From an uncultured Actinomycetota bacterium (GTDB taxonomy: Bacteria; Actinomycetota; Actinomycetes; JAFAQI01; DASSKL01), in assembly GCA_963728075.1 (NCBI GenBank), contig CAVSIP010000001.1, positions 147,799 through 211,798 of the forward strand: DNA of 64,000 bases. Direction: 5' to 3'. Both the position numbers and the translations under genes were made by a program. Under the pieces are notes generated by a model. That model saw nothing but the letters and a program-made list of their open reading frames with translations. It made no database searches and was not told the origin of the DNA. Below, piece by piece: positions 26,515 through 34,147 of the stretch. The number at the start of each line of letters is the position of its first letter. Within the stretch, counting starts at the first letter, position 1.

Positions 26515-27458
26515 GCATCTCGATGCCCGCGAGCCGGCCGCGCAGGTGGTCGGGAATCGTCTGGTTCCACAGCGTGCTGCGGAACAGCCCGCTCACCATG
26601 TCGGCACCACCGGCCACCACGAGAGCCAGCACCGCGGCCCACAGGGACGAGGCGAACCCGAACGCGACGATGCCGGCGCCCCGGTCTGCGGCGGCCAGGG
26701 CGATGGCCCGCCCGTGCCGGTGCACCCTGGCGACCCAGCCGCTGCCCGCACTGACCACCATCGCCCCGATCGCGGGTGACGCGTAGAGCACGCCGAGGGC
26801 GCTGGGTCCGCCGTACCGCTGCGCGACGGCCGGGAACAGCGCCAGCGGCATGCCGAACAGCATCGCGTTGACGTCCACGAGGTAGCTGCCCATCAGCTCG
26901 GGACGGCTGCGCGCGTAGCGCCAGCCCGTGGCGATGCCGCGCAGGCTCGCCCGCTCGGCCTGCGCCGCCGGCGGGGTCACGGTCATCCGCTGCAGGCAGC
27001 CGAGCGAGACGACGAACGCGATGGTCGACACCAGTGACGACAGTGCCACGGCGGCGGGGATGTCGTCGCGGTCGACGACCCGGGGGAGCAGCGCCTCGAG
27101 CGACGGGCGCTGCAGGCCCTCGAGCGCTGCCGTTGCCGCGGCCGCGGCGAACAGCGGCCACACCCGCGGGTGGGGCAGCAGGGCGTTCGCCACGAGGCCG
27201 GCGACCACCACGGCGAGCGCCAGCTCGGCGAGCAGGGCGACCCGCCGCCGGTCGGCCGCGTCGGCCACCGCCCCGCCGATGAGCGCGGTGACCACGAGCG
27301 GGGCGAGCTCGGCGATCCCCAGCAGTCCGACGACCAGCGTCGAGCCGGTGAGGTGGTACGCCTGACCGTAACGGGGAGACGTCCACCGTGGCGGCGCGCA
27401 GGAAACGGGTGACCAGGCCGGTGCGCACCGCCTCGACGGTTGCAGCGGGACGCGCCAC
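26408..27458 (-). pseudogene. decayed MFS transporter (EntS/MFS_3-like) with N-terminal frameshift and apparent internal deletion
   Basis: The span is 1051 nt, which is not a multiple of 3. The N-terminus TRFLRAATVDVSP is in one frame (ORF 26424-27458). The rest, YGQAYHLTGSTLVVGLLGIAELAPL..., is in another frame (ORF 26408-27295). The TM1 segment and the segment between ALSSLVS and TIAFVVSLG appear to be missing relative to my recollection of the family. Confidence 0.45.
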
Positions 27459-27486
27459 CGTCCAGCCCTATACGGCCGGCGGGGTC

Positions 27487-28497
27487 CTACTGCGCGAAGC
27501 CGCCCGACGGCGACGGCAGCGGTCCCAGGGTCGGCGGCGGTTGCTGCGACGGGCTGGCCGTCGGTTCCGGGCTGCTCGACGGGGAGGGGCTCGGGCTCGG
27601 CGAGGGGCTCGCCGTCGGCGACGGCGAGGTGGCCGCCTGCCCGTCGGCACCCGCTGCCGGCTGCGGGCCGTCCAGCTGCTGCTGGTCCTGGCGCGCCGGC
27701 TGGCGTCCGGCGTTCGGGTGGTCACCCGCCCGCGGCAGCGCGGGCAGCAGCTTCGCCAGCCGGGCGACCAGGTCGTCCGCCTGCGCCAGCACCTGCGTCG
27801 CGCCCGGCGGCTGGTCGTTGAGCAGCAGCGCTCGTTCCATCTGGAGCAGGAGCAGCGCCTGCTGCCCCTTCTCGGGGTCGTGCGGTGCGGCGTCGATGAG
27901 CGAGGCCAGCGAGCGGTGCAGGTTCGCGGCGGCGCGCAGCAGGTCGGCTTCGTCGACCCGGCCGGTCGCCGCGCGGCTGAACGCCTGCCAGCTGTCGGCG
28001 ACCGCGCGGGCATGGACGGCGGCGGTCCCCGGGCCGGCCGTGGTCGGTACGGGGAGCACCCCAGCGGCGAACGCGGCTGCCGCCGCCGCGGCCGCGAGCA
28101 CCGGTGCGGCAGGCAGCAGGCGGCTGCTCATGGCCCGCCGGACCAGGCCCGGCCGGGCCGCCGGCTGTGGCTCGCCGTGGCCGCAGCTGTCGGCTGCCAC
28201 CAGCCGGGCCAGCGCCCGGGCGCGGAAGCGGGCGACGTCGTCGCGGCCGCCGTCGAGGACCTCGGCGGCGATGTCATCGGCCCCGTTCTCGACCGCTCCA
28301 GCGGCGAGCGACAGGTCCGCGGACAGGGCGAGGCGCAGATCGCGCACGTCGGCGATCAGGGCGGCGATGTCGCTGTCCGGCGTCTGCTCGCCGGGTGCTC
28401 GGTCGGGGTCGGCGGCGGGGACGGCAGGCGGGCTGACCCGGGCCCCCGGCTCCTCGGCCGGTGGCCGGTGTCGCGCCGGTCGGCGCAGCCGCCACAT
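27487..28497 (-). CDS. hypothetical single-pass membrane protein with Ser/Pro-rich tail (RsdA-like architecture)
   Basis: 336-aa ORF. It has a cytoplasmic acidic/helical N-domain, one TM (LLPAAPVLAAAAAAAAFAAGVLPV), a helical ectodomain and a tail, TSPSPTASPSPSPSPSPSSSPEPTASPSQQPPP. Confidence 0.6.
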   Translation of the reverse strand: MWRLRRPARHRPPAEEPGARVSPPAVPAADPDRAPGEQTPDSDIAALIADVRDLRLALSADLSLAAGAVENGADDIAAEVLDGGRDDVARFRARALARLVAADSCGHGEPQPAARPGLVRRAMSSRLLPAAPVLAAAAAAAAFAAGVLPVPTTAGPGTAAVHARAVADSWQAFSRAATGRVDEADLLRAAANLHRSLASLIDAAPHDPEKGQQALLLLQMERALLLNDQPPGATQVLAQADDLVARLAKLLPALPRAGDHPNAGRQPARQDQQQLDGPQPAAGADGQAATSPSPTASPSPSPSPSPSSSPEPTASPSQQPPPTLGPLPSPSGGFAQ

Positions 28498-28688
28498 GGT
28501 TGCGTTCCCTCCGCGTTCCCCGGTCGGGGACCCTCGTCCCCGGTACCGGGAGTGTTCGCCGTGGCCTGTCGTCTTCCTGCCGGGATCGGCGCCGCACCAA
28601 ACCCGGACAATCGTCGCACGTGGACCGGCTCCGAGACGACCTCTTCCCGCCTGCGAGGATGGCCGCGCCGCCGTACCGAGGAGGACCC

Positions 28689-29375
28689 GTGCCCGATCCC
28701 CGCCAGCTGCCCGACGTCGCCGGGCTCACCGTCGGCTTCCTCGGGGGAACGGGTGACCAGGGCCGGGGCCTCGGCCGGCGGCTCGCGCACGCGGGTCACC
28801 CCGTCCTCATCGGCTCCCGCAGCGCCGAACGCGCCGAGTCCGCCGCCGCCGCCCTGCGCGAGGAGCGCGATGGCCTCGACGTGCGTGGCGCCGCCAACGC
28901 CGACGTCGCGGCCGCGGCCGACGTCGTCGTGGTGGCCGTGCCGTGGGAGGGTCACGACACGCTGCTCCGCGACCTCGCCGGCCCGCTGGCCGGCAAGGTC
29001 GTCGTCGACTGCGTCAACCCCATGGGCTTCGACGACCGGGGACCGTTCGCGCTGCGGCCGGAGGAGGGCAGCGCCGCCGAGCAGGCGGCCGCGATCCTGC
29101 CCGACTGCCGGGTCGTCGCGGCCTTCCACCACGTGTCGGCGGTGCTGCTGCTCGACCCGGCGGTCGAGGAGATCGACTGCGACGTGCTCGTGCTGGGGGA
29201 GGACCGGGAGGCCACCGACCTGGTCCAGGCCCTCGCCGGGCGGATCACCGGGATGCGGGGAATCTACGCGGGCCGGCTGCGCAACGCCCACCAGGTGGAG
29301 GCGCTCACCGCGAACATCATCGCCATGAACCGCCGGTACAAGGCCCATGCCGGCATCCGTGTCACCGACGTGTGA
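28689..29375 (+). CDS. npdG: NADPH-dependent F420 reductase (F420H2:NADP+ oxidoreductase)
   Basis: GAGGAGGA lies 4 nt upstream of the GTG at 28689. The sequence reads LTVGFLGGTGDQGRGLGRRLAHAGHPVLIGSR...NIIAMNRRYKAHAGIRVTDV. An ATG at 28659 is an alternative start. Confidence 0.8.
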   Translation: MPDPRQLPDVAGLTVGFLGGTGDQGRGLGRRLAHAGHPVLIGSRSAERAESAAAALREERDGLDVRGAANADVAAAADVVVVAVPWEGHDTLLRDLAGPLAGKVVVDCVNPMGFDDRGPFALRPEEGSAAEQAAAILPDCRVVAAFHHVSAVLLLDPAVEEIDCDVLVLGEDREATDLVQALAGRITGMRGIYAGRLRNAHQVEALTANIIAMNRRYKAHAGIRVTDV

Positions 29376-30121
29376 CGACCTCGGTCACCCGGTGCCGCTG
29401 CCGGGGGCCGTACGCCGCGTCGTGTCGCTGGTGCCGTCGCTCACCGAGACGCTCGCCGTCACCGCGCCGGGCCTGCTGGTCGGCGCCACCGACTGGTGCA
29501 CGCACCCGCCCGGGCTCGACGTCGTGCGCGTGGACGGGACGAAGAACCCGGACGTGGACCGGGTGGTCGCGTTGCGCCCGGACCTCGTCGTCGCCAACGA
29601 GGAGGAGAACCGGCTGCCCGACCTGGACGCCCTGCGCGCGCGGGGGGTGGCCGTCTGGGTGACCGCGCCGCGCACCGTCCCCGACGCGCTGGAGTCGCTG
29701 GCGCGGATGCTGGCCGCATGCGGCGCGAGCGCCGACCCGCCCTGGCTGCGCCAGGCGCGTGCGGCGTGGGCGCCGGCGTGCGACGGGCCCCCGGCGCACC
29801 GCGTTCGTCCCGATCTGGCGACGGCCGTGGATGGCCCTCGGCCGCGACACGTTCGCCGGGGACCTGCTCGCCCGGCTCGGCGTCGACCACGTGCACCACG
29901 ACGCCGCAGACCGCTATCCGCGTGTCGAGCTCGCGGACGTTCGCGCCCTGTCGCCGGACCTCGTCGTGCTGCCGGACGAGCCGTACGCCTTCGGCCCCGC
30001 GGACCTCGACGCCTTCACCGGCTGGGCATCACGCGTCCGCTTCGTCAGCGGCCGCCACCTCACGTGGTACGGCCCGTCCCTCGCTGAGGCCCGCGAGGTG
30101 CTGGCAGCGCAGCTCCGCTGA
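29347..30121 (+). pseudogene. BtuF-like / helical-backbone metal-receptor periplasmic binding protein, frameshifted at a C5 run
   Basis: Frame 1 (29347...) reads VVSLVPSLTETLAV...LVGATDWC...PDLVVANEEEN. After CCCCC at 29788-29792 the homology continues in the +1 frame: RRTAFVPIWRRPWMALGRDTFAGDLLARLG...PDLVVLPDEPYAF (ORF 29759-30121). Removing one C gives a continuous 257-aa ORF. Confidence 0.7.
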
Positions 30122-30132
30122 CCGGTCCCGGC

Positions 30133-31950
30133 CTACGGCTGGTCCGGCCGGACCCGGCGGGGCTCGCGCTCGTGCGGCGCCGCCAGCTCGCGCCAGCGGC
30201 TGGTGATCGGCAGCCGCCGGTCACGGCCGAACGCGCGCAGGGTGATCTTCGGGCCGGGCGGGTACTGGCGGCGCTTGTACTCCGCCGCGTCGACCAGCCG
30301 GATGACCTTCTCCACCATGGCGGGGTCGTGCCCGGCCGCGACCAGCGCGTCCCGGCCGAGGTCGCGCTCGACGTAGTCGTCGAGCAGCCGGTCGAGCACC
30401 GCGTAGTCGGGCAGCCGGTCGGCGTCGAGCTGGCCGGGCGCGAGCTCCGCGGACGGCGCCTTGGTGATGATCTGCTCGGGGATCGGCTCGATCACCCCCG
30501 CCTCGCGGGCCGCCTGGTTGCGCCACCGGGCCAGCGCCCAGACCAGGGTCTTGGGCACATCCTTGATCGGTGCGAACCCGCCGGCGGAGTCGCCGTACAG
30601 CGTCGAGAACCCGGTGGCCAGCTCGCTCTTGTTGCCCGTCGTGAGCACGAGGTGCCCGCTCTCGTTCGACAGCGCCATCAGCGTCACGCCGCGCAGCCGC
30701 GCCTGCAGGTTCTCCTCGGCCAGCCCGTGCAGCCCGCCGAGCGGCTCGAGCGACTCGTCGTACGCGTCGACCAGGCGCGCGATCGGGACGAGGTGCCACT
30801 GCAGCCCCTGCCGCCGCGCGAGCTCCTCGCTGTCCTCGACGGAGCCGCGGCTGGAGTAGCGGCTCGGCATGCCGACAACGTGCACCTTCCCCGCCCCGAG
30901 GGCGTCGGCGGCGACCGTGGCGGTGACCGCGCTGTCGATGCCGCCGGACAGCCCGAGGATCACCGTGTCGAAGCCGTTCTTGCGCACGTAGTCGCGGGTT
31001 GCGGTCACGACCGCAGCCCACACCTCGGCCTCGTCCGCGAGCCGCGGGGCGAGCGCCGGTGCGGTCGTCTCGTACGGCTCGAGCGGGGCCTCGGAGAGCA
31101 CCACCCGGTCGACGGTCATCGTCGTGCGGTCCTGCGCGTCGACCGGACCGGTGAGGTCGCTGCTCGCCGGCGCGAGGTCGAGGTCGACCACCAGGGCGCC
31201 CTCGGAGAACTGCGGCGCCCGGGCGAGCACCGACCCGTCCGTCCCGACCACGACCGAGTCACCGTCGAAGACCAGCTCGTCCTGGCCGCCGACCATGTTC
31301 ACGTACGCGATGGGCGCGCCGGCGTCCTGAGCCCGCCGGCGGACGATCCCGCAGCGGTTGTCGTCCTTGTCGCGCTCGTACGGGGAGCCGTTGATGCAGA
31401 CGACCAGCCCCGCCCCGGCGGCGCGCGCGACGACGATCGGCCCACCGTCCTGCCAGAGGTCCTCGCAGATCGTGGTCGCGACGTCCACGCCGTGCAGCCG
31501 GACGAGCGGCAGCCGCTCACCGGGCACGAAGTAGCGGAACTCGTCGAACACGCCGTAGTTCGGCAGGTGGTGCTTGGCGTAGCGCGCCACCACCTCGCCG
31601 TGGTGCAGCCAGGCGGCGGCGTTCTGCGGCTCACCCGCGGGGCGGCCGACCCGGGGAACCGGGTCCGGGCAGCGGTCGAGGTAGCCGACCACGACCGCGA
31701 GCTCGCCGAGGCCTTCCGCGGCGAGCCGGCGGGCCAGCCGCTCGAGGGTGGCCCGCGCCGCGGTGACGAACGAGGCCCGCAGCACGAGGTCCTCGGCCGG
31801 GTAGCCGGTGAGCACCATCTCCGGGAACAGCACGAGGTGCGCGCCGCGCTCGGCGGCGTGGCGCGCCCAGCGCAGCACCAGCTCGGCGTTGCCCTCGAGG
31901 TCACCGACGGTGGGGTCGACCTGGGCGAGCGCGATCCGCAGTGGTGGCAC
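30133..31950 (-). CDS. nadE: glutamine-dependent NAD+ synthetase
   Basis: 605-aa ORF. It has an N-terminal CN-hydrolase domain (LRIALAQVDPTVGDLEGN...LFPEMVLTGYP) and a C-terminal synthetase with P-loop GLSGGIDSAV. Confidence 0.9.
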   Translation of the reverse strand: MPPLRIALAQVDPTVGDLEGNAELVLRWARHAAERGAHLVLFPEMVLTGYPAEDLVLRASFVTAARATLERLARRLAAEGLGELAVVVGYLDRCPDPVPRVGRPAGEPQNAAAWLHHGEVVARYAKHHLPNYGVFDEFRYFVPGERLPLVRLHGVDVATTICEDLWQDGGPIVVARAAGAGLVVCINGSPYERDKDDNRCGIVRRRAQDAGAPIAYVNMVGGQDELVFDGDSVVVGTDGSVLARAPQFSEGALVVDLDLAPASSDLTGPVDAQDRTTMTVDRVVLSEAPLEPYETTAPALAPRLADEAEVWAAVVTATRDYVRKNGFDTVILGLSGGIDSAVTATVAADALGAGKVHVVGMPSRYSSRGSVEDSEELARRQGLQWHLVPIARLVDAYDESLEPLGGLHGLAEENLQARLRGVTLMALSNESGHLVLTTGNKSELATGFSTLYGDSAGGFAPIKDVPKTLVWALARWRNQAAREAGVIEPIPEQIITKAPSAELAPGQLDADRLPDYAVLDRLLDDYVERDLGRDALVAAGHDPAMVEKVIRLVDAAEYKRRQYPPGPKITLRAFGRDRRLPITSRWRELAAPHEREPRRVRPDQP

Positions 31951-31977
31951 GGCGACGACCCTATGACCCGGCCCGGG

Positions 31978-32592
31978 TCAGGACTCGAGCGACGCGTTCT
32001 CGTGGCCGTGTGCCGGCTCGGTGTCGCGGTCGGTCTCCGTCAGGTGGCCGCCCTGCCACGTGTACGTGTGGCGGACGAGCAGGTCGGGGCAGCACCGCGG
32101 CGTACCGGGGGTGTAGCCGCGTGCGAGCAGGACCAGGCCCTTGCCCGTGGGGCGCACCGACGTCACGTACTCGTCCGCACCGTGCAGCAGGCGTGCGGCC
32201 AGGTGCGGTCCAGCGGCGGTCGCGACGTACACGAGCACGGTGTCCGGGCCGGCGGTCGCGCCCACGCACCGGTACGACACCACGGCATCGGCCACGCCGT
32301 CGCCGGTGACGTCGCCGAACGTCGGCGGGGTGACGACGACGCGGAAGAAGCCGTCCGGCCCGGTGGCCCCGTAGTCACTCACCCGGACCGGCTGCGGCCG
32401 GCCGTTCGCCGAGAAGCAGTCCACGGGGTAGCTGAAGCGCGACCAGTCGATGCCGGACAGCGGCCGGGCGGCCGGCTGCCCCGAACGGGGACCGTGGCTG
32501 CCGCAGCCCACCGCGAGCCCGGCGACCGTCAGTGCCGCGGCCGCGACGCGGGCAGCGCACCGGCCGGCGACGAGGCGGCCGGCTGACGGCAT
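31978..32592 (-). CDS. hypothetical lipoprotein
   Basis: 204-aa ORF. It has a signal peptide with lipobox LTVAGLAVGC. A VCBS/FG-GAP-like GDVTGDGVADAVV segment is present. Confidence 0.6.
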   Translation of the reverse strand: MPSAGRLVAGRCAARVAAAALTVAGLAVGCGSHGPRSGQPAARPLSGIDWSRFSYPVDCFSANGRPQPVRVSDYGATGPDGFFRVVVTPPTFGDVTGDGVADAVVSYRCVGATAGPDTVLVYVATAAGPHLAARLLHGADEYVTSVRPTGKGLVLLARGYTPGTPRCCPDLLVRHTYTWQGGHLTETDRDTEPAHGHENASLES

Positions 32593-32757
32593 GGTGGTGC
32601 TCCTGGGACGGACGGCCGGCGGTGGACTCGGGAAGTCTAGAGGTGAGAAACGGACGATGCGGCGCTAACCGGACCGTTCCTCGGCGTGTCGCCATCCCGC
32701 CGCCGCCGGCCGTGTCGCCGACACACGCGCGTAACACGCCGCCCGTACGCTGCCTGC

Positions 32758-34116
32758 ATGGACAGGCAGGAGGAGTTCGTTCTCCGCACCATCGAGGAGC
32801 GCGACGTTCGCTTCGTCCGGCTGTGGTTCACCGATGTGCTCGGCTACCTCAAGTCGGTCGCGATCGCGCCGGCGGAGCTCGAGGGCGCCTTCGCCGAGGG
32901 CATCGGCTTCGACGGTTCGGCCATCGAGGGCTTCGCCCGGGTCCACGAGTCCGACATGCTCGCCAAGCCGGACCCGGCCACCTTCCAGCTGCTGCCGTGG
33001 CGCGGTGAGCAGCCCGGCACGGCGCGGATGTTCTGCGACATCCTCACGCCGGACGGCAGCCCGTCGTACGCGGACCCGCGGCACGTGCTGCGCCGCACGA
33101 TGCAGAAGGCCGCCGACCTCGGCTTCACCTTCTACACCCACCCGGAGGTGGAGTTCTTCCTGCTCAGCGGTCGCCCCAGCGAGGACGACCCGCTGCCGGC
33201 ACCGGTCGACCGCGGTGGCTACTTCGACCAGACCGCGCACGACCTCGGCCAGGACTTCCGCCGGCAGGCGATCACCATGCTGGAGCGGATGGGCATCTCG
33301 GTGGAGTTCAGCCACCACGAGGTGGCTCCCGGGCAGCAGGAGATCGACCTGCGGTACGCGGACGCGCTGACCACCGCGGACAACCTCATGACCCTGCGCC
33401 TGGTGGTCAAGGAGGTGGCGATCGAGCAGGGCGTGTACGCCACGTTCATGCCGAAGCCGTTCGTCGACCAGCCCGGCAGCGCGATGCACACGCACCTGTC
33501 GCTGTTCGAGGGTGACCGCAACGCCTTCCACGACGCAGCCGACCCGTACGCGCTGTCGAAGGTTGGCAAGGCGTTCATCGCCGGCCTGCTCACCCACGCC
33601 GCCGAGATCACCGCCGTGACCAACCAGTGGGTGAACAGCTACAAGCGGCTGTTCGGCTACCAGCAGGCCGGCCAGGTGCCGGAGGCCCCGGCGTACATCT
33701 GCTGGGGCCACAACAACCGCTCGGCACTCGTGCGGGTCCCGATGTACAAGCCGCAGAAGGGCTACTCGACCCGGGTCGAGGTGCGCTCACCGGACTCCTC
33801 CTGCAACCCCTATCTGACGTTCGCGCTGCTGCTTGCGGCCGGCTTGCGCGGCATCGAGGCCGGCTACGAGCTGCCCGACGAGGCGGAGGACGTCGTCTGG
33901 GCGCTCACCGATGCCGAGCGCCGCGCGCTCGGCATCCGTCCGCTGCCCTCCTCGCTGTCGGACGCGATCAGCGCGATGGAGACCTCCGAGCTGGTCGCCG
34001 AGACGCTCGGCGAGCACGTGTTCGACTTCTTCCTGCGCAACAAGCGGCAGGAGTGGGCGGAGTACCGGCACCAGGTCACGCCGTTCGAGCTCGAGCGCTA
34101 CCTCGGCGTCCTCTAG
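32758..34116 (+). CDS. glnA2: glutamine synthetase, GlnA2-type (type I family)
   Basis: The ATG at 32758 gives MDRQEEFVLRTIEERDVRFVRLWFTDVLGYLKS...PKPFVDQPGSAMHTHLSLF. It sits immediately upstream of glnE, as in mycobacteria. Confidence 0.85.
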   Translation: MDRQEEFVLRTIEERDVRFVRLWFTDVLGYLKSVAIAPAELEGAFAEGIGFDGSAIEGFARVHESDMLAKPDPATFQLLPWRGEQPGTARMFCDILTPDGSPSYADPRHVLRRTMQKAADLGFTFYTHPEVEFFLLSGRPSEDDPLPAPVDRGGYFDQTAHDLGQDFRRQAITMLERMGISVEFSHHEVAPGQQEIDLRYADALTTADNLMTLRLVVKEVAIEQGVYATFMPKPFVDQPGSAMHTHLSLFEGDRNAFHDAADPYALSKVGKAFIAGLLTHAAEITAVTNQWVNSYKRLFGYQQAGQVPEAPAYICWGHNNRSALVRVPMYKPQKGYSTRVEVRSPDSSCNPYLTFALLLAAGLRGIEAGYELPDEAEDVVWALTDAERRALGIRPLPSSLSDAISAMETSELVAETLGEHVFDFFLRNKRQEWAEYRHQVTPFELERYLGVL

Positions 34117-34147
34117 CGCCCGACCGGTACGCCGGTAGCGTTCTGGC

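Noticed and set aside
32593-32757. Search for a GlnR box upstream of the glnA2-type gene
   Set aside because: Only isolated GAAAC and GTAAC pentamers are present, without a partner at n6 spacing. The evidence is not convincing.
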